A stretch of DNA of 64,000 nt from Ginglymostoma cirratum. Taxonomy: Eukaryota. Shown here piece after piece: positions 13,047 through 25,635 of the stretch. The notes beneath the pieces were generated by a model that had not been told where the DNA came from, ran no database searches, and worked only from the letters and a program-made list of their open reading frames with translations. The position numbers and the translations under genes were made by a program. Every line of letters begins with the position of its first letter. Position 1 is the first letter of the stretch. The stretch lies in assembly GCA_024137785.1 (NCBI GenBank), contig JAHRHZ010000018.1, positions 62,001 through 126,000 on the forward strand, written 5' to 3'.

Positions 13047-13393
13047 TGTCTACAATGAGCTGGCTTCCTCCACCAGGGAAAATATACCTCCCGAAAACTC
13101 ACAGTAATAGACAGCAGTGTCACTGGGCTGCACGTTTGTGATGGTCAGAATGAAGCTGTTATTGGAGGGGTCTCGGGATGGCCGGAATCGCTTAGTGATT
13201 CCTGAGAGTGATCATATGAAATCCCTTGTGTTATGTGTCAAAATCCACTCTCTCCTTCCTGGTCGCTCCCAGTACCAGTGAACATCGGTCTGTGTCACTG
13301 CAGCGTTCTTCACGGCGCACTGCAACTGGGCGGTGTGACCCTCGGTGACACATTGCAGGATCGGAGACTGAAGAAGGTTTGGGGCATTTGTGC
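13047..13393 (-). pseudogene. VJ-type Ig V exon paralog of 5148-5492, disabled
   Basis: Acceptor TTTTGAAG|, donor |GTAAGT; GTNAPNLLQSPILQCVTEGHTAQLQC..DVHWYWERPG..DFI*SLSGITKRFRPSRDPSNNSFILTITNVQPSDTAVYYC, then a frameshift before PGGGSQLIVD; 347 nt. Confidence 0.9.
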
Positions 13394-14149
13394 CTTCAAA
13401 ATAAACAAAAATCAATAAATGAACAGCTCTCTGATTGTTCTAAACTCAGCTAGGATTTAAAGGGTCCCTCCCAGCAGCCTGAGTCCTGCATTAAAGAGAG
13501 GAAACATGTTGTGAGACTGAACCAGTCGTGACTGTTCCTGATTGTTATCCTGGCTCTCAGTCACTGCATGCTGAGAACAGCAATACAGTTGGTGCTATAA
13601 CAGTGACATGTTGGGCTCACACTGTCAAACCTCTGTCTGACACAAGCTAACTTTTCACACACTGCAATTCTCTTCCCTGAGCTATTCATTGTGGGAGAGG
13701 CTCCCTTGTTTGAGTTGCCAGTCCAGCCCTTCCTTGAATCATGTTTCTGTGATGGTAATGATATCTTACTTCCATGTGTCAATCCATGTCATGAACTCAC
13801 CATCTTATCTATTACACTATTACATTGAAGTGAAGACCATCCAGCCTTGCCTTACTCTCTTGATACTCAAGACAGTTAAACTTATTGCGACTTGCTTTTT
13901 TTGCTGTAACAACTAACTAAAAACTTTCAAACCAGCACTTTTTGCCGCCACATGGCCTGTATCTCTCTATTCCATGTCTATTCTTGTATCTTTCAGGATG
14001 CCTCTGAAATATTGCTATTGCATCTGCCTCCACCATGTCCTCTGGCAATGTATTGCAGACACTTAGCACACTCTGTCTAAAAACCTGCCTATCACATCTC
14101 CATTAAACTTTCCAACTTTTACCTTAAATTTATGTCTGCCAGTAACTGA

Positions 14150-15505
14150 TAGAACATAGAACACAGAATGTTACAGCACAGTACAAGCCCTTCAGCCCTC
14201 GATGTTGTGCCGACCTGTGAAACCAATCTGAAGCCCATCTAACCTACACTATTCTATTATCATCCATATGTTTATCCAACGACCATTTAAATGCCCTTAA
14301 AGTTGGCGAGTCTACTACTGCTGCAGGCAGGGCATTCCATGCCCTTACTACTCTCTGAGTAAAGAACCTACCTCTGACATCTGTCCTATATCTATCACCC
14401 CTCAATTTAAAGCTATGTCTCCTCGTGCTAGCCATCACCATCCGAGGAAAAAGGCTCTCACTGTCCACCCTATCTAATCCTCTGATCATCTTGTATGTCT
14501 CTATGAAGTCATCTCTTAACCTTCTTCTCTCTAACAAAAACAACCTCAAGTCCCTCAGCCTTTCCTCAAAAGACCTTCCCTCCACACAACCAGACAACAT
14601 CCTGGTAAATCTCCTCTGCACCTTTTCCAATGCTTCCACATCCTTCCTATAATGCGGTGACCAGAACTGTACGCAATACTCCAAGTGCGGCCGCACCAGA
14701 GTTTTGTACAGCTGCAACATGACCTCACGGCTCCGAAACACAATCCCTCTACCAATAAAACCTAACACACCACACGCTTTCTTAACAACCCTATCGACCT
14801 GGGTGGCAACTTTCAGGGATCTATGCACATGGACACCGAGATCTCTCTGCTCGTCCACACTACCAAGAATCTTACCGTTAGCCCAGTACTCTGTATTCCT
14901 GTTACTCCTTCCAAAGTGAATCACCTCACACTTTTCCACATTAAACTCCATTTGCCACCTCTCAGCCCAGCTCTGCAGCTTATCTATGTCCCTCTGTAAC
15001 CTGTAACATCCTTCTGCACTATCCACAACTCCACCAACTTTAGTGTCATCCGCAAATTTACTAACCCATCCTTCTGTGCCCTCATTCAGGTAATTTATAA
15101 AAATGACAAACAGCAGTGGCCCCAAAACAGATCCTTGTGGTACACCACTAGTAACTGAACTCCAGGATGAACATTTCCCATCAACCACCACCCTCTGTCT
15201 TCTTCCAGCTAGCCAATTTCTGATCCAAACCGCTAAATCACCCTCAATCCCATGCCTCCGAATTTTCTGCAATAGCCTACCATGGGGAACCTTATCAAAC
15301 GCTTTAATGAAATCCATCAACTGCTTTACCCTCATCCACCTGTTTAATCACCTTTTCAAAGAACTCAATAAGGTTTGTGAGGCACGACCTACCCTTCACA
15401 AAACCATGTTGACTATTCCTAATCAAATTATTCCTTTCTAGATGATTATAAATCCTATCTCTTATAATCCTTTCCAACACTTTACCCACAACCGAAGTAA
15501 GGCTC
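14150..15505 (-). mobile_element. 5'-truncated HER1 (CR1) LINE, near-identical to 6047-7290
   Basis: ORF 14244-15335 runs from RT to the natural C-terminus (WSLDKHMDDNRIV); tail of AGAACAT repeats. Confidence 0.95.
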
Positions 15506-15910
15506 ACAATATATTTACACTGGGAAAAAGACTCTGACTATCCATGCCTGCCATAATTTTGTAAACTTCTATCAGGTCACTCTTCAACCTCCAACATTCA
15601 AGTGAAAACAAACCAAGTTTGTCCAATTTCTCTTCATAGTTAATAACCTCCAAACCAGGCAACATCCTGGTGAACCATTTCTGGACCTTGTCCAAAGGCT
15701 CCACATCTTTTTGGTAGTGTATCAACCAAAATTGTACACAATATTCCAAATGTGACCGAACTAAGGTGCTACACAGTTGCGACATGACATTTCAATTTTT
15801 ATACTCAATGCCCTGACAGATAAAAGCAAGTATGCCACATGACTTCTTGACCACCATGTCTACTTGTGTTACTATTTTAAAGGAACCATGGAGCTGTATG
15901 CTTTTATCCT
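15506..15910 (-). mobile_element. Older HER1/CR1 LINE fragment
   Basis: LVRSHLEYCVQFW...RMLPGLE...DLIEVYKIM. Confidence 0.8.
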
Positions 15911-18899
15911 TCTGTTCAGCACCAGTGAGCAGGTTATTGCGAAGCAAGTGCTGCTTGATAGCACTGTTGACAACTTCTTCTTGTGATTATACCCATAAGT
16001 ACCATCTGAGATGCTGAGCGTAGATTCACCACCACCAATCATTCTTCATGATATTCCTCTCAGTAACTGAGAACAAGTGGGGAAGGATGCCCACTTGAAG
16101 TCATTGGCAGAAGAGTGGCTCAGTCTTGGTAAACAGAATAGGTTTATGACATCATACTGAACTTTCCATCTAAGTGACACAAGAGTCTCTTGGGAGATCT
16201 CAGGCTGGACTTAAAAGGACAAGTTACTGCTTCACAACAGAGGTCTTTGCGCTGAACTGAGAACTTAGAACCGGTTAGCTCCTCTCAGGAACAGCCCTTT
16301 CTATTTTGACGGTGGAGCTGATCTTGATGTAAGTTAACCCTCCAGGCACTAACTGTCTCACAGGGCAATAGCCACCTGGCAATGAGAAACAGCTCTTATT
16401 AACCAGACAATCTCAGCCAGTACAGAAGGGGAAGCAAACAACGATTAATGCTTGTATGAATAGCTGGAGCTAGTGTAGGTATGGTTCACTGGAATAGGAA
16501 ATGAAGCCCTCGACTGTCTCTTTCGTTGCATTGTCATAACCATCCAAGGAACGTGAACAAACACAAGGCAGAATAAATAACAACCTCGGGAGTTCAAACA
16601 GTGATAGTGAAAAAAGGAACAGATTCACAGGCAGCAAAGGAACAGTTTCCTGTCATGGAAGATGAAATTGTGAGATTAGAATCTGAGCTAATACATGATG
16701 GAGCAGATGTACCCAAACTGACAGGAAATGGATGAGGCAGAAGATCCCACAAATAGATTCAGAAATCTGGAGCTCAGAAGCAGGAGGCAAGAAATAAAGG
16801 AGAGTGCAGCACTTCACACAAACTGAATGAACACAGGAGGGGAACAGTGAATGGAAATGAGGGAATCTGGTAGAAAGAAGCAGCAAGAGAAAAGGAGATT
16901 GGTTTCTCTCTGAATGCAGACACAACTCTCTGAGGGACACAGGCTGCACTGGACAGACCAGATGCTTTTCTAACTGGTGGTGACTGCCTCGGGATCCTCC
17001 TTTCACATTCTCCATTGTGGGGGTCAATGATGAGGTCATGATCTCTATGTCACTGCCTCCCACCTCGAGCACCTCCTCCTGGATCCCAGTCAATAACTTA
17101 CCTCACACAGTCCTTTCCTGTGACACTGTCAGCTTCCTCTTCTGTAGTGAAGGTGCAGCAGGAACATCTATTTTCTCATCAATGTCCCTAATCTCCATGA
17201 GAACATTTAATCGTTTGGCCCCTCTCCCACCCCAGTGATTCTTTGAACAAATAAATAACTATGGATGCTGTAGATCTGAAACACAAACAGAAATTGCTGG
17301 AGGAACTCAGTAGGTCTGGCAACATCTGTGGGAAGAAAGCAAAGTTAATGTTTTGAATCCGGTGACTCTTCATCAGAACCTCAGCATTTTCTGTTTTTGT
17401 TCCAGTGATTCTTTGAATGTCGCTCAAACACTGTCACTAAAGTCAATAAATTAGTCATTAATTAGATTGTAAGGAGCTTCTTAAAGTAGGAAAGGGAGGT
17501 CGAGAGATGAAGAGGTTGAGAGACTCAGTTCCAGAGCGCAGTGATCAGGTCAATGAAGGCACAACAAGAATACTTTAATCTGCAAAACCAGAAGCATGGG
17601 AGATAATCTTTAGTAAATTTTATATCACTGGACTAATACCTGGAATGAAGAGACTGTTTTATGAGGAGAGGTTCTGGAATCATACAGCCATTGAGTCATA
17701 CAGCACAGAGTAATTCAGTCCTACTCATTCATACTGACCAGGTTTCCCAAACTAAACTTGTTCCATTTGCATGTGCTTGGCCCATATCCCTCTAAACTTT
17801 TCCCATTCAGGTACCTAACCAAATGTCTTTTACATGTTGTAACCGTATCATTAAACAGCTTGGAAATTGTGGGGGCACAGGGGGACAATCTCCAGTCTCA
17901 GTGAGTGTGAGGTGGCAGCTTGGCTCAGTTGTCAGTCTCACACACATAGGGCAGGAAGCTGTGTCTGTCAAAACTATTTCAGGAGCTTGACTCAAATTTG
18001 CCATTCTGGTGGACTAGGCGGATGTCAGAGAGTGGTTTCAGTCGAGCAACAATGGGTGTGTGGGGCTGGTACAAGACAGACAAGTGTGGCACCATGGCAG
18101 CAGATCACCTCGCAGGAGTGGGTACAAGCAGCAGCAGCAGAAAGGAGATTGCACTCTGTTATCGTTTCCATCAGATGTTGCATGGAGTGCTCAGTCTTCC
18201 AATTCGAAGATTTGAAGGCCACAAAGCACAATTTGAAAAAGAACAGGACATGCTCCCAGTCTCCTGACCATCAACATCTTTCCTTAAATTAACACCATCA
18301 CACAAAACATGAATTGACATTCAGCACATGTATCTTTGGAAATTTTCCTGGTTTGGAACAGACCTAGGGTTCAGTGTCGCAGATATAAAACCTGAAACTA
18401 ATTCACAGTTTGTGAAATCCTGGAAATGTTTTAATGGAACAAATTAAATCTTATTGATTATAGAGAATTGATGTGAGTGTCACCATGGCTCCATTGGTGA
18501 AACTCATTCTGAATCACGAAGCTGTAACATCACCAATTTTGTAAAAACAGGAGGTTGTCTTTCAAATCCATCCCAACAAGACCCAGTGAACACACAGACC
18601 AATCCAATGCACTCCAAATGCACACCTTAATGTGCAGCCTATCCCTCAACCCCATTCTCCCATTCAATGAATGACAGAAAAGAATTGGAGGAAAATTTCG
18701 TTTTCTGGTCTGTGTTCCCAGCCGTGGAGCTTTGTGTCAGCTGCACTAAACTATCTCCAGGCAGTGATAAATTCTCCCCGTGACACTCCCCTCCAGTTCT
18801 GAATGTTCAAACGTATAGAATTCACACAAACTCCAGAGCAGCACAAACCACAGAAAGGTCTTTTATAACAAGTTAAACTTCTCCAAAGCAAACACTTAT

Positions 18900-18951
18900 C
18901 CAAAGCAACACAGAGGGACAGTGTCACAGCAAATAGAGTTCCACTGATCAT
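18900..18951 (-). pseudogene. Ig-type signal-peptide (leader) exon of the - strand VJ gene; donor mutated
   Basis: ATG...MISGTLFAVTLSLCVAL + G (52 nt, phase 1, compatible with the V exons), followed by ATAAGT instead of GTAAGT; paralog at 30585. Confidence 0.75.
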
Positions 18952-19874
18952 CTCAACAGTGCAACAACCCTGTTTATCCACACAGTTTATTTTACGTTCA
19001 GTTAATACATCGAAACACAAAGTGACCCTGCCAACTGCAGCTTCTTTAATATCTCATTCCTCAGGAGTTAAAGTGAAGAGAGTTGAAGTGTTAGTAAAGA
19101 GGAAGTAGTGATAAACCAATGGCTGCTCTTTTCTGAGGAAGGATATTACTGGCTGGATTTTCTAAATGTGGCAAGGTGAGGTTCATTTCAGATGTGATGT
19201 TAATTATTTATTCAGTGTAAGATCCTCACGGTCAATCACCTAAAATCAAGAATTCACACATTTGCTGCAACTCTGCAATTAGTCAAAATGCTTATTTAAA
19301 AACATTGGGCCCACACTCATCATTAAAACCGCAACTAACATTAGCATTGTAGCATGGACTGAGTAAAATGATGCTAATCTTTTGCAGAGGTGTAGAAATG
19401 AACAAATATTATCAACAATTGAGGATATAGACCTCCAGATAAGAAACCCAAAAAACTGATCAAAAAGCAGAAATTTCTGGAGAAACTCAGCAGCACCTAT
19501 GGAGAGAGAAACAGAGTTAATATTTCCAGTCCAGTGTGACTCTGTTTCAGAAACTTGATCAAATTGTTAAGTCTGAAGCATAGTCTGAAAGGGAAGGACA
19601 TGAAGGGGAAATGGGATGAGTTAAATCAGAGAACCCGTGAAAGTAGACCCAGGGATCACAATGTGTGATTAACCCATGGCTATATATTGTAGTCTCAGTT
19701 GAAGATCACCAAGCAGAACACAGCATTAGTTAAATACAAAACCAACCCTCATACAATTAAAATTATTTCTCAGCAACTTGTGGGGACGTGTTGCGCCACA
19801 GGGCAGAACTTTATCCTGTACCTTGCGGTCTACAGTCAGAGATGCTGATCTTGACATTGTTTACATGTTTCAAG

Positions 19875-20846
19875 TTTTTGAGAAGATTTGTAGCTCAGGT
19901 TGTGGACGTGGTTGCAGACTTGTTCGCTGAGCCAGTGTGTTTGGTTGCAGACATTTTGTCACCCTGCTAGATAACATCGTCAGTGCGCCTCCAGTGAAGT
20001 GTTGGTGTTCTGTCCCGCTTGTTATTTATATGCCTCAGTTTGCTGGGGTGGTTGTTAATACTACCTGTTTTGTTTTTCAGTGGTTTGTAATCGGGTCTAG
20101 TTCAATGTGTTTGTTGACGGAGTTCTGTTTGGAATGCCAGGCCTCCAGAAATTCCCTAGCATGTCCCTGTTTAGCTTGTGCTATTATGGATGTGTTGTCC
20201 CAATCAAATTTGTGTCCTTCTTTGTCTGTGAGTATTGAGACCAGTGAGAATTGGTCGTGTCTCTGGGTGGCTAGTTGCTGTTCATGTACCCTTGTTGCCA
20301 GTTTTCTTCCAGTTTGGCCTATGTAATGTTTCTCACAGTCCTTGCATGGTATTTTGTATATTACATCAATTTTATTTGTTGTGAGTATGGGGTCCTTTAC
20401 AGTTGTCAATAGTTGTTTCAGGGTGTTTGTCGGTTTGGGGGCTACCCTGATACCTAGGGATCTGAGTAGTCTTGTGGTCATCTCTGATTTTCTAACTGGC
20501 CAATTCTCACTGGTTTCAATGCACACCGACTAAGATGGATGCTAATTCAACTGGGACAATACATTCATAAAAGCACAAACCAAACAGAGACATGCCAAGA
20601 AATTCCTGGAGGCCTGGCATTCCAACCGGAACTCCATCAACAAACACATTGAACTGGACCCGATATACAAACCACTGAAAAACAAAACCAAAAGTATTAC
20701 TAACCAGCTCAGCAAACCGAGGGATATAAATAACAAGCGGGACAGAACACCGATGCTTCACCGGAGGCGCACTGACGATGTTACCTAGCAGGGTGACAAA
20801 ATGTCTGCAATGAAACACACTGGCTCAGCGAGCAAGTCTGCAACCT
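19875..20846. mobile_element. Poseidon-type PLE 3' end in foldback (inverted) arrangement
   Basis: - frame VIYKIPCKDCEKHYIGQTGRKLATRVHE..REFLEAWHS; + half repeats the terminus; ~20-bp direct repeats at 19855-19874 and 20847-20866. Confidence 0.9.
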
Positions 20847-21699
20847 CATTGCTTACACATCTCAAGGGCAGCAGCTTCTCCTAAACAAGTGGCTCAAACC
20901 ATTTGTCATTTCTGTTGCTGCTCATTACAAGACAGATGTCGATAACACGTGAATACACTGTGAGTTAGAGTGATGTGGGAGTGAAAACTTTATCACCTCA
21001 AATGTCCACTAGCTGCCAGCCGCTCCTGGTAATACTTTTCAATTAATTTGCTCGAGAACAGAGACACACAGTTTAATGGTTAGATAATTAGATTTTTATT
21101 CAGTAATTGGTTATTGCATGAAATCAAGTGCAATTTTAAATATCTGCTGAACAGACTGCTAAAAATAATTGACAAAGCTATAAACAAGAAGAAAACACGT
21201 CCAAACCACAGGAAGCAATTATTGTTCTGTTTTGTCGATGATATCATTTGCCAGTCACTACCTGCAACTTTTGAAACCCATATAAGGTCAAAAGTAGAAG
21301 CTGGTGTGTGGATTGGCTCTAAACTGATTAAACAACAACTTGCAGTTTGATAGTGCCTATAACAGAGGGAAACTTTCCAGGGTTTCTCACACGGAATCAT
21401 ATAAGGAGATAGTAGTCTGGTGACATTCCACAATGGCAACTGAGATGAGGTGGAATTTCTTCAGCCACAGGGTGATGAATCTGTGGAACGCATTGCCACA
21501 GAGTCATTGAGTGTATTAAAGACAGAGATCGATAAGTTCTTGATTAATAAGGGGGTGAAGGGTTATTGGGAGTGTTCAAAGAAACGGAATTGCGAAACCT
21601 ATCAGCTATGATTGAATGGTGGAGCAGGCTCAATGGGCTGAATGGCCTAATTCTGCACCTATACATTATGGTCTTATAGATTAGACTGAGAGGCAGTAA

Positions 21700-22008
21700 T
21701 TGTTTGGGTGTAGCCTCACACATTGCAAGTAGAGATGGCAGTGTCACTGAGCTGCATGTTTGTGATGTTCAGAATGAAGCTGCTCTTGGAGGGTTCTCTG
21801 GAAGGTTGAAATGAAGCAGGAAAGCTGGAAGAGTTTCCCGGTGAATTATTTCTGGAATGAGTTATTGTCTTGTCCTTTCTTTTCCCCAGGAGCTGTTGTT
21901 ACCAAAGAACGATCACATCTTGCAGCTCGGTGTTCTTCTGGGTGTACCGTCATCTCACTGTCCGACTGACTGTTGGAAACTAAATTAGCACTGGATTCAA
22001 CACAGCAC
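21700..22008 (-). pseudogene. Highly degenerate Ig V exon (orphan relic)
   Basis: Acceptor TTCCATTTCCAG|; GAVLNPVLI*FPTV..VIVLW*QQLLG..FQPSREPSKSSFILNITNMQLSDTAISTCNV*GY; several stops and a deletion around the first Cys. Confidence 0.8.
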
Positions 22009-24049
22009 CTGGAAATGGAAAATAAAGATCACGTCTAAAAAAAACTAAGTCAATAATCTGCACTTGACAACAAAACCTGCATTTTCAATCGCTTCACTCC
22101 TCTGCTCCTCTGAGCTTCCTCATTCCTTACCATTTATTGAGTAATCCCTCAATTTGTTAGTTCTTCCAAAGGGCATCACTTCATATTTACTAAACTTAAA
22201 TTTTAGCTGTCACTGATCTGCTCATTTGACTATTCTGTTTTTATCCTCCTGTCACAAAAGACCTACCTTCTTACTCTTAACCACCTGGCCAACCTTTGCA
22301 TCATCTGCCAACATACTTACCAACTCCCAGACTTGAATCTGCATCATTTATGTTTAGCATGTACAATATGTGACCCAGCACTGATCCCTGTGGTACACTG
22401 GCCTCCATTCACTTAAACAGTCCTCTATCACCACACTCTGTTGCTGGACCAAAGCCAATTTTGGATCCAACTTGCCAGGTGACCCAGGATCCCATCAGCT
22501 TTTACTTTCATTATCGGCCTCCGATAGTGGACCTTGTCAAAGGCTTGGCTGAATTTCTAATAACCTACATTCCCCAGAGAGTTATGAAGATTCAGCCACT
22601 GGGAATGCTCTTGACTGAAATTGATAGCTTTCTGGAGATGATTTACATCAAGGGGTTTGGAGATAGTGTTTCAAAGTGCCATTGAGGTCATTGACCATCC
22701 ATCATTTAATTGAGTAGTGGAGCAGACTTGATGAGCTGAATGGCCTACTCCTGTTCCTCTGTCCCACTGTCTGTGTCTGTTTAACTAAGGAATCAATGAG
22801 GGTCATAAGAAGGGGAGAAACCTGGGCGGATATGAAGAAGGGTTTAGCTCAGGACAGGGACATCAGAGGTGGAGGTGGAGTGCCATTGAGAAGAACAGGA
22901 GCTGCAGAGGATTGTGGGAAATGACAGCTCAAAGACTTGAGAGGTGAGAGTTTGAAATTTCCCATTTAAAACTTGAAGACCATGAAACCATAAGATACAG
23001 GAGCAGAATTAGGCCACTCAGTCCAAAGAGTTTGCTCCACATTTTGATCATGACTGAAATGTTTCTCAGCCTCATTCTCCTGCCTTCTCCCCATAACTTT
23101 TAATCCCTTTAAGAACCAAACAGCTATTTATCAGTCAAATACACTCAATAACTTGGTCTCCACAGTCTTCTCTGGCAATGGATTCCACAGATTCACCACT
23201 CTCTGGGCTGAAGAAATTCTTCCACATCTCAGTTCTAAATGATCATTCCTCCACACTGATGCTGTGCCCTTGGGTCCTAGTCTCTCCTATTAGTAGAAAC
23301 CTCTTCTTCATTTCCACTTTATCCAGGCCTCTCAATATTCCAAACTTTCAAACAGATAGCTCCTGCCAACATCCCATCACCATCCCCATCCTTCTAAATT
23401 CTATTCATTTCAGTCCTAGAGTCCTCAATTTGCCACATCTTAATGAGTTACATAGGAAAACAAATTCACCTTTAGTTTAACCTTTTCTGATGAAGGGTCT
23501 AGGCCCAAAACGTCAAGCTTTCCTGCTCCTATGATGCTGCTGGGCCTGCTGTGTTCATCCAGCCACACACCTTGTTATCTCACCTTTAGTTTAAATGTCA
23601 CTGATGCACTAATCAGCTATGGTCCACTTGAATGTGGAACTGGCTCATGGGAGTGAATACCAATGGAATACAATGTGTTTCTATAAAACAAATCCCTTTG
23701 CATTCTGTTAGAGTGTCAAATCTTTATCATTAGGATTGATGTAGACTGATGGAATGGTATTGAGAAAATTCCAGGCTGACTCAGACATGGAAATATATCA
23801 CTTAATCTACCCAATTGTTGCAAAAACCCATCTGGGTCCTTAATGTCCTTCAGAGAAGGAAATCTGCTGTCCATATGTGGTTTGGCCGACACGTGACTCC
23901 AGACCCACAGCAATGTGGATTGTTGTTATTGCCCTCTGAAATGAACAGGCAAGTGACTCAGTTTGAGGGCAATTAGGGTTGAGGAACAAATGCTGGCCTT
24001 GCCAGTGATGTCCACAGCCTATCAGAAATGAAGGGAAAACATTCCCTCA

Positions 24050-25635
24050 GAGATAATAGGTATTGCAGATGCTGGAGAATCCAAGATAACAAGGTGTGGA
24101 GCTGAATGAACACAGCAGGCCAAGCAGCATCAGAGGAGCAGGAAAGCTTGATGTTTCGGGCCTAGACCCTTCATCAGAATAGGGGAGGGGAAGAGGGTTC
24201 TGAAATAAGTAGGGAGAGAGGGGGAGGCGGATAGAAGATGGATAGAGGAGACGATAAGTAAAAGAGGCGGGGATGGACCCAGTAAAGTTGAGTGTAGGTG
24301 GGGAGGTAGGGAGGAGATAGGTCAGTCCAGGGAGGATGGACAGGTCAAGGGATGAGGTTAGTAGATAGGAGATGGGGGTGCTGCTTGAGGCGGGTGGAGG
24401 GGATAGGTGAGAGGAAGAACAGGTTAGGGAGGCGGGGACAAGCTGGGCTGGTTTTAGGATGCAGTTGGGGGAGGGGAGATTTTGAAGCTCGTGAAGTCCA
24501 CATTGAGACCATTGGGCTGCAGGGTTCCCAGGCTGAATGTGATTTGTTGTATCTACAGCCTTCGGGTGGCATCATTGTGGCACTGCAGGAGGCCCAGGAT
24601 GGACATGTCGTCTGAGGAATGGGAGGGGAGTTGAAATGGTTCGTGACTGGGAGGTGCAATTGTTTGTTGCGAACTGAGCGCAGGTGTTCTGCAAAGCGAT
24701 CCCCAAGCCTCTGCTTGGTTTCCCCGATGTAGAGGAGGCCACAACGGGTACAGCGGATGCAGTATACCACATTAGCAGATGTGCAGGTGAACATCTGCCT
24801 GATGTGGAAAGTCTTCTTGGGGCCTGGGGTGAGGGAGGAGGTGTGGGGGCAGGTGTAGCACTTCCTGCGATTGCAGGGAAAAGTGCCGGGTATGGTGGGG
24901 CTGGAGGGGAGAGTGGAGCGGGCAAGGGAGTCACGGAGAGAGTGGTCCCTCCGGAAAGCAGACGAGGGTGGGTAGGGAAAAATGTCTTTGGTGGTGGGGT
25001 CGGATTGCAGATGGTGGACATGTCGGAAGATGATCCTACCCTCCCTCGACCTCTTCACCTTCAACTGCAAAAAAAAATCCAAAGCATCATGGGGACCACT
25101 TTGCAGAACACCTGCGCTCAGTTCGCAACAAACATTTGCACCTCCCAGTCGCGAACCATTTCAACTCCACCTCCCATTCCTCAGACGACATGTCCATCCT
25201 GGGCCTCCTTCAGTGCCACAATGATGCCACCCGAAGGCTGCAGGAACAGCAAATCATATTCAGCCTGGGAACCCTGCAGCCCAATGGTATCAATGTGGAC
25301 TTTACCAGTTACAAAATCACCCCACCCTTGGCCTCATCCCATGACCAACCCTCCCTCCCATCCCCACCTCTTTGACCCGACACAACCCGCCTATCTTCTC
25401 TCCCATCTATCCGGTCCTCCCACTTCTCTGACCAATCCTCACCACTGGCTACCTGCATTCACCAATCACCATTCCACCTACCCTCCCCAGTCCCACCCCT
25501 CCTCTCTCTCTTTATTTCAGAGCTCCCGTCAACCTCCACTTTCTGAAGAAGGCTCCCGAACTGAAATGTCAATTTTCCTGCTCCTCCGATGCTGCCTGGC
25601 TTGCTGTGTTCCTCCAACTGCACACTGTGTTATTT
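24050..25635. mobile_element. Neptune-type PLE 3' region, foldback (- copy to ~25035, then + fragments)
   Basis: - frame CNRRKCYTC..YIGETKQRLGDRFAEHL; + frame HLPVANHFNS..LGTLQPNGINVDF. Confidence 0.9.

Noticed and set aside
16653-17200. 146-aa hydrophobic ORF and a GTAAGT donor near 17100 as receptor exons
   Set aside because: There is no recognisable domain, a stop precedes the donor, and most of the segment is missing from the paralogous arm.
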